A DNA stretch of 64,000 bases. It comes from Takakia lepidozioides (taxonomy: Eukaryota; Plantae; Bryophyta). The notes beneath the pieces were generated by a model. That model worked only from the letters and a program-made list of their open reading frames with translations, ran no database searches and was not told the DNA's origin. Shown piece by piece: positions 36,944-48,745 of this stretch. The stretch is from the NCBI GenBank assembly GCA_030704615.1, contig CM060732.1:52824001-52888000 (forward strand). The letters run 5' to 3'. How positions within the stretch are numbered: position 1 is the stretch's first letter; the number at the start of each line of letters is the position of its first letter. A program made the translations under genes and the position numbers.

Positions 36944-39900
36944 ATGGCCTCCCAGCTCATGGGCTCCCTTGACAGTGAGGACCACCCTCTCCCCTTTTCT
37001 TACGAGGTGGAAGATGATTGTTTTGCGGTGGTGCATGAACACGTGCTCGCAACGCAGTTTCGGTTGGAAAATGGAACTCTATTCCTTGAAAGGGAAGTGT
37101 ACGATGCCAATGGAAAACTGCTCAAGTACACATTCCAGAAACCTTCGCATACTGCACCAACCACACAATGGAGAGTGACTCCAGGCAGATACAGGGTGCT
37201 CAGTGCTCCTCGGAGACAGTTCGTTACTCCTGGCACGGCAGCATCAGTGGCCCAGGAGAAAACACCCGTGGTTGTCAAGAAGGAGTCAAGTACCGTTAAC
37301 ACTGTAGTTGAGCTTTCGGACTCATCCTCCGATGACGCCTGTGAAATACCACCCGTGGATCAGCCATGTCCACATCAGGAAGCAGATGTGGAGGAGATCA
37401 CCAGTGTCATTCCTAAACTGAAAGCCATGGGTGGGATGGCAAGATTCAAGAGTGAGTTGAGGGGGATTGATTGGAGCACTTTCAATGTTCAGAGGGTGGC
37501 ATTCTTGCCGGAATCTTTTGATGGTAATATTGTTTTTGAGCTACCTCCTCCTGGTCGCGTTGGGGGCATTTCCAGTCTCATGGAAGGAATGGACAAAAAG
37601 CACGATGGGCACCCTTGGCGCCGCACAACAACCACGACAACCTCATATTCAGGCGAACAGTCTGTAATGGGCACCTGAAATGCGAGAACATGAAATGCAG
37701 ACACTTCGCATTGTCGGGTGTGCAAAACCAAAGCGAATGGGATGGTGTCAGTGAGAATCCATTCAAGCCTGGTGTGACACCTCCATACAGTAATACTTTT
37801 GTGTGCAAGTTCTGTAGGGTACCGCCTTGCTGCCTTACAATGTGTGGCGCCAGAATGTACTATGTGGTGCATCGATTCAAAACCCTGACTAGAGCCAATG
37901 TCCATTTCGGTTTTCACAACCACCATGTGTCCAAGGGGGATTATAGGGAGAGCGTTGAGACAGTCTCGCGTCTGATAAGGCAAGAGTTGGATACCAATCC
38001 AACTGGAACCACATCTGCAATTGCCATGGGGGCGAGCAAGTCCTTTCTCGAAAGCCGTATTTTGTGTGCATCGGATTCGGTTGGAGGAAAACTGGAGGGA
38101 CCAGCTTTGGACACTGTTATGGACCATTTCTCGACTTTGACTTCTCCAAACATTAGGAATCATGTGAACGCTTTAAGAATGGGCTCTGGGAGCCGAGGTT
38201 ATATGGACAATATTATGGATTTGAAGAAAAGGAGCATGTACGACTACATCCAAGACAGCGTTTTCCCGGGGCAAGGAGCCAGGAAAGTGTTCCTGTTCAA
38301 AATGTCCACAAAAGGTGAGGGCAGCGGAGTCAGCCTGGTTAAACGTATGCAAAAGGGTGGCGATCTAGGCAACTGCTTCCTTATGTTCGATCACGTCAAG
38401 AGGGTTAAAGACTGGACCACAATGGCATGTCATGTTTACGACCCTGTGTACCAGCGTGTCATGACAATTGCAGTGTGTGACATGCAGTCAGAGGACACAG
38501 ATTCACAGCAGCTCATGTGGGAAGCTCTCATTCGTGTTATGGCCTCCAATGGTCTCCCATCTCCCAATTCTGTTGGTTTCATGGCCGACAGTGCTCAAGC
38601 TAACTTCAACGCTGTCCGCATTGTATTCGGGACGGGAGATCCAAAAGTGCCAATGCTTGGAAGAGAATGTACGTGTCTTTTCCATTGGACATAATCCCTG
38701 GATAAATACACAAAGACAGACATCAAGCCAGATATGCAGAGTGTGCATCGTCAACTGTGCAAACAATACAAAGACGCCAAAACTATGGGGGAAGCGAATA
38801 CATTGTTCCAAACAATTCGTGCCTGGTGGTACTCATCTGGAGCGTCATCGGAGGACAGCATGAGGGCACTGGAAGACTGGTTCGCATTTTGGCACTTCCG
38901 TTACCAACAGTGGGGAGTGGCCATGACAACGGTGAGTGGTTTGCATTCACCTTCCTTTGGGTGCTTCGGATATATCTTTCAGGGTCCCATCCTAATATTG
39001 GCTTTGTGTTTTTTTGCCTTGCAGCATATGTCCATTGAGGAGATGGCGGACATGCCGTCTTGCAATCTAGCGGAGACAGTGCACAATGCCTGGTTGTAGC
39101 AATCCGGCAAAAAGGGAAGAGATTTGTATGCGGCTACGGCCTCTGCAGCAGCAAACCAGATACAGGTCATTCTTGAGGGGTGGCTTTGGAGGCAAAGGCC
39201 CAGACAGGAGCAAGTTGATGTTGTGGGCAGCCAGAAGATCGGGGGATCCCAGCAAAATAGCGCGGGCAGTGAGCATATGTGCAGATGGCACCCCTCTCGT
39301 GGGAAGAGTTCCCCATCTGGAAGGCGAAGAGAGATTCGGGTCTTGCAAACGGAAATTGGATACCCCTCCCGGATCGGATGCAAACTCCCATAGGGCGGAC
39401 AGGGTCAACTTCTCGACGCCACGTGTTCCCTTGGATCAGAGATGGAATTGCGGAACATCCACAGGTGAGGGCCATTCTGCCCCAGACCGGACCCCTGCAT
39501 CAAGCACTGTCACTGCAATGGTTGAAGACCAGAACGTGGTGCGACATGTAATAGAGTCCATGTGCTTGGATGAGGTTTGGCATATAGAACGCACAAGTGC
39601 TGGATTGCATGTGAAATGCGCGGCGATCAGGGCCACCAATCATGAAAAATGTACATCATTAATATCCAGAGGGAAAGAACGCACTGCAGCTCCTACATTC
39701 ACTGGTTTGTTTCTCCCTTATGGGCAAGGAGAGGCAAAGAACCACATGTTTTGGTTTTGCGCTGACGATTGCGGGAGATGTGTGCGTGGGATAGTGAGGC
39801 CCTCCGTGGTGAGGAAGCCTACTCCACCAACCGTGTGGCCTGTGAAGATGGGCACAGGTTTCACTCACCAAGAGATCGCAATGCTGGAAGAGGCGGGTTT

Positions 39901-40390
39901 CTCCCTAGCCAGACATTCCATTACACGTGAAGGTGCTTCAAGTACAAGCGGTTCACGTGTACCTCCGCCTGACGCTCACTTGTGGCCAACCAGACGGAAT
40001 GGGAAGCTGGTTCGACGATTCCCTCCAACCGCAGAACACTATGGCAAAATCGAGTCCGCAAGAATGCTTCACGCTCGTGTTGTGGGAACAATGGAAATGC
40101 CTGATCCAGGGTATGGTCGGGTCTTCACCATGATCTCATCCGCATCTGCGCTGCAGGACAAGACGTACGACATCACTGTTTCCAATTTTCCAAATTGTAC
40201 CTGTCCTGATTTTGTTGGTATGCTTTCAAGTAGTTTGGGAAAGAGAGGGAAGTTCATACCGTGCAAACACCTTTACTTCGTCTTCTTGATAAGGATGGTT
40301 TGTGATCCAAAGCAGGACTTCTTCATTCACCAAGCCACTATGAGTTTCAACGAAGTCAACACACTTCTACAGCGGGATACAAGCCCATAG
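36944..40390 (+). pseudogene. MULE-family transposase with WRKY/GCM-like zinc finger and C-terminal SWIM finger
   Basis: CNGHLKCENMKC..CKFC..HFGFHNH; FLMFDHVKR; GFMADSAQA..CLFHW; intron ~38932-39024; CNLAETVH (catalytic E); SWIM CTCPDF..PCKH. Two stops and frameshifts. Confidence 0.85.
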
Positions 40391-40589
40391 AAAGCATTCA
40401 CTTGACACTCCGAAATCTGTGTTTTCCTTTACTACAACTTGTAATGGAATGACTGTTCAAGTCCAATGTCTCTCAATGTATGTCGTCTAACATATTTGCT
40501 ATGCGTGGGTCAATGCATTTGTCGCATTGGTCTGTCATTCTATTTTCATTAGCAAGCACAAGAAACTACCTTCAGGTAGACAGATGATC

Positions 40590-40790
40590 AAATCAACCTC
40601 CTGTTAACACGAGGTTTACTTGGAGTTTTCCAAATCCCCCTTGTGCCGACACAAGGTTGATTTTAGTTCTCCGAATCAACCTCGTGTTGACATGATGTTG
40701 ATTTTAGTTCAAGGAAAACAACCTCGTGTTAACACAACGTTCATTTCAGTTCTAGGAAATGAAGCTCATGTTAACAGAAGGTTGAACTCC
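40590..40790. repeat. Palindrome cluster 3 (5 diverged copies) downstream of the transposase
   Basis: aatcaacctcctgttaacacgaggtt; cttgtgccgacacaaggttgatt; aatcaacctcgtgttgacatgatgttgatt; and two more. Confidence 0.75.
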
Positions 40791-41016
40791 AGGAAAGCCC
40801 AAAACCCTTCATCCGTTTCACCTTCATGTGGTGATATCAGCAGTTGGGGGCCCCACGGTTATAGGCCCACCTTCTTTGTGGTGACGTGGCATGACATGGA
40901 CCAAGCTCACGCCACGTCAGCATCAGCGCCACGTTAGCTGCGTGAGCGTAGGCTCACGCACGCCACGTCATCGTTGTGTGAGCGTACGCTCACACGCTCA
41001 CGCGGTAGCGTCGTTG

Positions 41017-42631
41017 TCCCACAGGAGGCCAGGTCCACTATCCCGGAAAGCATGCGATCATGGGAAGCTGAGAAGTGTAGGTAATGCTGCTCGTGGTTGA
41101 CCCACCTTATTGACCACTGCCAAAGGCGAACGGTCATCGTGTCTCACACCCTGAGACTGCCTCCTGTGTCCAAAATGCTATCCACTGTGAGGTGTGCTGG
41201 TCGCTGCACCCCATCAAATGCACGCTTGAGCAGTGCGGGTGGCATCAAGTTAGTCCACCATAGTCGTGGACGATGAACCCATGACCCCACTGTAGCTGCA
41301 TCTAGCAACACTGCTGACCCAAGCCACCACCGGACTTGATGCACACTGGCCATCACCCTGGCCCGAGAATCGCCCATCAGTGGCACATTCTCCAAGATGT
41401 ATGCTGGAGATACAGCTTGATGAAGCTGCAAGTGGCGCAAAACCCGCACCATCTCCCAAAACAGACCCGACCTCGAGTCTTGCAATCCATTGTCATGCCC
41501 GGCTGATGAATGCCCTTGGCAGAGCCAACCTGCCATTACCAGATCAATGGAGCCAACCCGCTCCAAATCCTGCGCCCCCAGCAACGAAATGTCTACTGGC
41601 AAGGCCTGCTGATATCCACGAACTATAGACACCGGCAACAACTCAGGGTACTGCTGCACCAACTGAGCAACATGGTGAAGTGAAATGCGTTGTGCAGTCT
41701 CATCCCTCTCCACATACAGGTAACGCCGAACTCGTACACCTGCATGTAACACAGCAGCTAATCCGGTGCTGATCCCGCCAAACAAGTCTAGAAGACAAAT
41801 GTCTTCATCCGGATACTGCCACACAATAGGTGTGGTATCCAATGGTGATAACTGAGGTGGTCCTGGTGCAATCCCCCCACTCTCATCCTCTCCTGATGGT
41901 ACAAAAGCCTCCACCCACGATTGTTGCACCCGTCGATCAGCAACCCGCTGCAAATCCTTGCTCGAGCCCTACAATGGAGTGCGAGCAACCATGGCAGGCA
42001 ACTCTGCCATACCATACATGTCATCCTGCTCTCCTGGAGGTGTGTCATCCTCTGAATGAGCGTTGCCCTCTAGCAACTCTCCAGGCCAAGTCACTACAGC
42101 TGTGAATGCTGCTAGTGTCGGCATCTTGCCCCGCTGGGCAACCGCAACTCCTCCTATGAACATCACAGGGAGCTGCACATGTCGGCCCTCCCCTGACTGC
42201 CATCCAGGCCTATAGGAAGCTGACTCCTCCCAAAAATCCAGGGTGAAGCCCATGGGGTACAACACTGCCCCACCAACCCTGAGACATCGTACGAAACCGC
42301 GTCTATCACAATGGCCTTGGCTCGCATCACTGAGCCATATGTAGGGTGATCCGGCCGTAGTCTAATAGCCAACTCACGCCGTGTAATGCCCCGAGCCTGG
42401 TCCAATCCTCCCAGAGACGTCTGTATCTGGAAAGGACAAGGCTCCATATCCGCCTCCGTGAGGCCCAAGCCTGCAATAGCAGCTCTGCCCAACATCAATG
42501 GCTGAGCTCCCGAGTCCAACAAGACTCGTAGTGGCCAGTACCTCTTGCCTGCCAGTCCACTCAAACAGAAAATGCCATCCTGGTTGTCTAACATGACAAC
42601 TCCAGGTGTCACCATGGCGCGCTCAATGGCT
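41017..42631 (-). mobile_element. DNMT-Gypsy copy B, protease + N-terminal two-thirds of DNMT
   Basis: LRVLLDSGAQPLMLG. The 269-aa ORF 41144-41953 has LDLFGGISTG, GWLCQGHS, ILENV and HRPRLWWTNL. It breaks exactly where 32972 resumes. Confidence 0.92.
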
Positions 42632-44175
42632 TGTTGTGCGCATACATATCGCTATACAACTACATCGCTGTCCAAAACCACATGTGCACACCAAACACTA
42701 GTCTATCACTAGTCCATCACTAGTGCACCGCTAGTCCTGCCACTAGTGCAACCACTAGTCCACCACTAGTGCAGCCACTAGTCCAACACTAGGCTGCCAC
42801 TAGCCACCATTAGTGCAACCACTAGTCCACCACTAGGCTACCACTAGCCACCACTAGTTCAGCCACTAGTCCATCACAATGATAAGGAAAGGAATGATAC
42901 AAGCACACAAGCTCTCTCAAACTCACATCAAGGCTTTATCACACAAAGCTTGAAACTCCCCCAAGAACTCTCTCCCTTGGTCCGTGAGTACCTCAGCTGG
43001 AGCACCGAATCGGCTAAGCACACGATCCAGGAATGCATACGCAGCCCCCTCACTAGCCTTGTTAGGCAATGGAACCAACTAAATCCACTTGGAGAAGTGC
43101 TCCACCATCACCAACACATATCTGTGGTGGCGCATCGTCAGTGGCAATGGCCCTGCGAAGTCAAGACTCCACCTGTAGCCCAATCCCATGATCCGTAATG
43201 AATACAACTGTGGTGTAGGGGCGTTGAATGAAGCACACACCCTGTCACACACCATGCACCTAGCCACAAATTGTTGCACCTCTGTGTGCATATCACGCCA
43301 TCAATACTGCCCCTACAGTAAACTATGAGTGCGTCGCACTCCAAAATGCCCCAACACCTCATGGGCATGCCGCACTAACCGTGCACGCTGTGTTGGGTGA
43401 GGCACAATCCTCACCCGACCATCCTCCCACACTCGAAGCAGGTGTATCCCCTCCCACTTGAACCTCTTGGCTCATTGTAGGATCCGGTCCCTCTCCTTGG
43501 CAGTCATACTAGCTGCCATGTCTCCAGTGCGGAGGTAGTCCAACACAACCGAGTCCTCAGGTATATCTCTGGCACCACCTGGCTCATCACTAGCCTCAGG
43601 GTCCTCAGACACACCGTCTATAGTCATCTCTATTGTAGGTCCAACCTGACCTCCCGATGCCAAGATACACAAAAGAGCAGATGCATGCCATCCCGTCACC
43701 ATCTCCTCGTCCGTCTCACCATGCCACCGAGCTCCAGTGTCATCATGCTGGCTCGTGCATGGATTGCGACTCAATCCATCCGCATCCCTATTGACCAAAC
43801 CCGGTCGATGCACAACCTGAAGGTCATACTCCTGGAGTATGAGTGCCCACCATGCAAGCTTCCCCGTAAGCTTGTCTGAACTCTCCATCAACCACTTGAG
43901 TGGCTGGTGATCCGTGACAAGGGTGAAGAGATTGCCGTATAGATAGTACCTGAAGTGTGCCACGGCCCACACTGCAGCTAAGCACTCCCCCTCATATGAG
44001 CTATACTTAGACTCTGCAGCGTTGTTCGAGCGGCTAGCATAAGCCACTACGAACTCTCTTCCCTCATCATCCACCTGTGTGAACACCGCTCCAAGCCCCA
44101 ACATGCTCCAATCTGTATGCAGCTGAAAGGGACGCCCCCTGATAGGTCGTCTCAAGATCGGCGCTGAGGTCAACC
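42632..44175 (-). mobile_element. DNMT-Gypsy family copy C fragment (RH, partial INT, terminal repeat) nested in copy B
   Basis: FQLHTDWS..YSSYEGEC; CMVCDRV; SLDFAGP. A deletion joins INT (42927) to the pre-R spacer and to R (42632-42878, expanded CACTAG units). Confidence 0.85.
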
Positions 44176-45159
44176 TGTCGCGCGGCTTTTACTCACCCAT
44201 CCCTTCGCTATTCGAGGCGGAAACTCCAAGATAGAAGAGTTGGAAATCTCTAAGTACTCAGCCCGCGCAGAACAATCAGTCATGACCTACAGCTAGTGTA
44301 TCATGGGGGTGTTTCCTATTTGTTTCCCTTTTGGTATTCATGTTAGCTATCTTACCCTTGATAATTAAGTATCAGTTTGCTTTATCAATCTATTGGATTC
44401 CATCAACTCATCCATTCATTTCACAGCTTCACTCAGATCTCTCTACACAGTGTGATTGTATCGTAAAAGTATCCGATTATGATTTATCAGGTATCAGGCC
44501 GAAGCCATTGTGTCTCTAATCTACTCTACAATATCATTACAGCCTTGCATATATCAAGCATCTACTCATCATCTCTCTATCTTCACTTCCGTTCTTCATC
44601 TTTGCCCGATCCCCTCTCCTCCATGACCAAGAAGTCCTCCTCCGAATCCTCCCCCTCGATTCCCCGTTTTTCCCTTTATCTTCCTATCCGTGGTTCTAAC
44701 CGTTTCCCTCACTAACCGTCGTCTGTGAACTAACATGTTCCCTTCGCAGGTGTTGTTCCCCACAGTCGTTCCCTGTCCTACTCTTCGTTCCCTATGATCG
44801 TGACAGCTGTGTCAAGCTGTGACTGGCTGTGTGAAACTGTGACGGGCTGTGATTGGCTGTTCGACTGTGTTTGGCTGTGTCGGGCTGTGACTGGCTGTGT
44901 GGCTGTGCCGGGCTGTGACGACTGTGTCTGTTGTGTCGGCTATGTCTGCTGTGACGACTGTGACGGGCTGTGTTGGCTGTGTCGGCTGTGTCTGCTGTGA
45001 CGACTGTGACGGGCTGTGTTGGCTGTGTCGACTGTGTAACCCCCCTCTACAGTGCGCTGCTGTCACCCCTAAGGCTCCTGTTGGTCTCAGTCTGTGCAAA
45101 AATTAAGGGTACCCTACAGATCCCGTATAAGTGTCTAAGTCGCCGACAGTCCTCTAACA
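44176..45159 (-). repeat. 3' LTR (984 bp) with internal 9-10 bp CTGTG microrepeats
   Basis: Direct repeat of 56448-57392. Confidence 0.95.
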
Positions 45160-45196
45160 TTACCCCTTCCCCCCTCAAAAGCCGTGTCCTCACGGT

Positions 45197-48100
45197 TTAC
45201 TGATTTCGACTAGCAAACCTTTGTGAGTGATCACCTTTTTGACGTTGAGAGTTTTGTGGCGGACTGTGTGTACGAGCCCGAGGTCTGTCTCTGGTTGACG
45301 GAGATGGTTGATCACTACCTGGATAAGTGAGGCCCTCTGGAGGCTGATATCGAGGTAACCTTTCCGGCATAGGAGACCCCCGTCGCTTCTTCTCTGCCAT
45401 CTGAACTGCATAGTCTTCTCCCATGTCAAAAGAATTCGGTGAAGAAACAGTTGTATCAGAATCCTCATCGCCTCTCAGGTGTTTTAATTTTCGAGCTTTT
45501 TGTGGAATCATCTGGGGCATACAATGCTGTCCTACCATGTCTGGAAGTTTGTATTTTACAACTTGGTGTAACCGCTGAACAGCAAAATTGGTGTAGACAC
45601 TGAGCTCCTTGTCTGTCCAGGTGAGTGGGGTACCAATTACTGGTGCCGCGTGCAAGTATTTCCATGCCACATGTCCCTTATATAAAATGTCATCAATGCC
45701 GAATTTCTGTGTTGACAAATGGTTCCAGGCCGCTTGAAACCATGAACGAATTTGAGAATCCTTTTGCATCATAACTTTTGGGTCATATAGGTACATATGA
45801 GGTGGCACCGAAGGTAATACCCAATGATCTCCACTGGAATAACTCAGAAAGCGTGTTTGCATCTTTTGTTGCTCAATGTGGTGACGTACCAGAAAACAAG
45901 CAGCGTAGTATAACCCGCATCCCATGACAATACTTGCTACCTCCTTGGTCTTGGTATAAATGAGTCCATGTACAACCTGGAAAGCAATCAATTCCCTCAA
46001 CATGGTACCTGCCTCGTGCCAATATTGTGCAAAGTGATGATCTTCAATATGTCGATTGTTCGGAAGAACTTTAGTCCTAGTTGCCACTGGCAGCCAAATA
46101 CGCATGATTTGGTAGTAATGTGCGAATGACTGCGGAGGACTAAATTCTTTCCAAGCCAAATCCAACATGATGGGAATTTGGTTGAAGGGCATAATCATAG
46201 CCTACTGTACTCCCTTGCAGCTGGAGTTTTAGGTGGGTTAAAAGCGGCATTGCCCCATACCTCCGACTGTGGTGGCTGTGGTGTGTTTGTAGTAACCACA
46301 GGTTCAGCTACTGGTACAGTGACTTGTTGTGGTGGTGGTGGTACTGGCTCTTGTATCATTGGCATCTCCTGCACCTCCTGTGAAGACTGAAAAGCCAAAG
46401 TTCTGGCTTGTAAATAAGAAGCCATTAGCTGTTCCTGAGGGATATAGACTCTTTTGTCGATGTTTGAAGTGAGGTCTTCCACTTGAGTCTGCAGTCCGTC
46501 TACATCCTCTTGTAACTCTGCTATCCTACTATAGACATTGTCTATAGTAGTTGTGGCAATGTTCTGCACCTGCAGCCTGAGCTCATTCATCTCGCTTTGG
46601 GTGAGCTTTCGTGGTGCTTAGCCCTCTACTGGGCCTTGTGCTAACCAGACCTGCATAAGGCTGTTATCCACCAAGTTGCTTGTGGTTCCCCTGAGAGTTT
46701 GCTCCTCTCTTAGCTTGTACAATTCCAACTGCTGTTGTAAAGCCTCCATGCGCTTCGCCTGAGGTTCAACCAATTGCGCATAAGCAGCAAGTAGATTATT
46801 GGCTTCCTTCCAAGCCTTGTTATTGACCGCGATTTCATTTCTATTGGCCATGATGGTTTGTTGCAACTCCACGATGTGCTTCTCTTGATCAGCTTCAATC
46901 TGCCTGTATTGCTTGAAAGTATCTTCATTGCGACAGATTGTATTCTTCATATCGACAATGAGCTTCATTTGCTCAACATTCTCTTCTTCTGCCTTCGTAC
47001 ATTTTTCCGCTTGACTGTTTATTTCTTTTGTAGATTGGTCAAGCATAGTTGTGAATGTAGCACATTGTATCGCCATCCTATCATGCACTGTCTGCAACTC
47101 CGTATGTAGTGCATGCACTTCTTGCAACTTGCTTTCATGCTGCACCTGCATTTGGTATAGCTGTTGCTTATGTGCTTCGTGCAACTGGTCTTGCGCGAGG
47201 CCTGCCTCAATCAATTGTTCCTTGGCCAATTGCAAAGCCATTTCTGTATTTCCCAAGTCCTGCTGCATCTTGAGAGTGACCTCTTCATCGACCTTGTTTG
47301 CACACTCAGTGGCTAGTCGAGCCTCAAACTCCTTCCTGAGTTCCTCTCTCAAGGCTGTCAATTGGGTAATTGGAACATGGGATTTGACATAAGTCCCCAA
47401 CAAATTAAGTGTTCTGCCTATGGAACTCATCAGCATTGCCTGTTGAGGGTCATGGTGAGGTTGTTGCTGTTCCTCCTGATCTTCAACAGTGTGATGTCTC
47501 ACGAACCATTCAGGCCATTGTCCCACCGGATTTTCTTCCTGAACTACTTCATCTATCACCGGTGCTACAGTGTCATGACCTTCCGCCTGTGGTACCTCCG
47601 ACACAGGTGTGTGTATTATATGCACCTCAGGATTTCCCTTGGGCAACTGTTGCACCTCTGGGATCTCTGTCTCCTTGACCAGACCAGAATATTCATAGAG
47701 AAGGTCCCCCTTCTCCATTTCTGCCACTATCTGTTCTGTAGTTGGAATATCTAACCCTTCTCTTTCCAAATCAATTATTTCTGGTTGAGCTGCATGGATA
47801 ACTTGTGACCTTGTGACAAGTCGATCAGCTGGCTGTGATGGTTGTGATACAGAAGTAACTTCCTCCTCCCTCTCTGAAGGTCTTGCTTCCAGTAATAGCA
47901 TTTCTCTGTGCTGCTGTGCCCCTTCCTGGCCATGAGCTTGGGAAACATTATCATGCGGAATCCGTGAAGCCAGTGGATCCGCCACTACAGTCTTTCCCCG
48001 TCTCTGCCTCTTAGTCTCGGGTTGCCTTGCTAGTCCACCCTCACTGTGTGAAGAGCCTTGCTCTTCCATTGCAGTTGTTTCTGGCTCAAACACTCCCATT

Positions 48101-48745
48101 TCCTTTCTTTCTTGCGCATCAAGTATGCCAAAATCAAGGATTATTTGAGCAATGATTGGGCCAGACACTATGATAGGAGACTTTGCGGTAGTACCTTGTA
48201 ATCTTTTCATCTCCTCTACCAGTGCGTTGTACATTATGTCCGCCCATTGTACCTCTTGTCCATTCAGGCCTTTGAGTATTTCCTCCGTGAAGGATCTGCT
48301 CAAATACTGTTGGTTCTGTTTCATGGCAATCAGAATGTTCAAGACCTGGCCTACCTCTTTTAGCCCTGGGTACACAGCCTTGGTACAAGCATAACCCTGA
48401 GTTTTAAAGAAACTCCCTTCTTGGAATAAGTCCCCTATTTGCAGTCTTGCCCTGTGTTCCTCCACATGCACCTGACCTGCTGGCAATCGAAACAATTGCT
48501 GGAGGTATAGGGGAGTAATCATCAATTCTAACTCCCTTCACCGTTGTTGTTCCTGTCCTTGGCTCAAAGTTCTGCAAAAATTGTAACATGTATTGTCTAT
48601 GGTGTAATGTCCAATCTAGGCTTTGCAATCCTTGCAATCTCAGCTCCTCCAGTAACTGTATCGCCTGTGGGGTAGCAATTGTTTGTTTCTGCAGAATTGT
48701 GGTGCTCTTCACCCTGATTTCCTCCATTCCTCTCACTCTCTTCAT
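45197..48745 (-). CDS. Sense-orientation extra ORF(s) 3' of pol: plant-transposon-protein-like N-terminus, coiled coil, unknown C-terminal domain
   Basis: Abutting ORFs 48404-49399 (3' part), 46618-48525, 46195-46590 and 45197-46198, probably one frameshifted ORF. FLQNF..TVKGVRI..NGQEVQWADIM resembles Athila-type accessory ORFs. Confidence 0.6.

Larger units (their letters stand above)
36028..41016 (+). mobile_element. Mutator-like transposon, transposase arm
   Basis: Transposase gene; GCTCACG/GCCACGTCA-rich end at 40880-41016 abutting TCCCACAGG (41017-41025, reverse complement of CCTGTGGGA). Confidence 0.8.

Noticed and set aside
44794-45203. Cys-rich metallothionein-like ORFs (also 49522-49737, 57027-57224, and His/Ser-rich 61006-61665)
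   Set aside because: These are translations of CTGTG/CACAG microrepeats.
46195-46198. ATGA stop-start translational coupling
   Set aside because: The neighbouring ORF junctions look like simple frameshifts in an indel-rich region; it cannot be distinguished from an error.
45197-48525. Retroviral env gene
   Set aside because: No convincing signal peptide, fusion peptide or C-terminal transmembrane anchor is visible.
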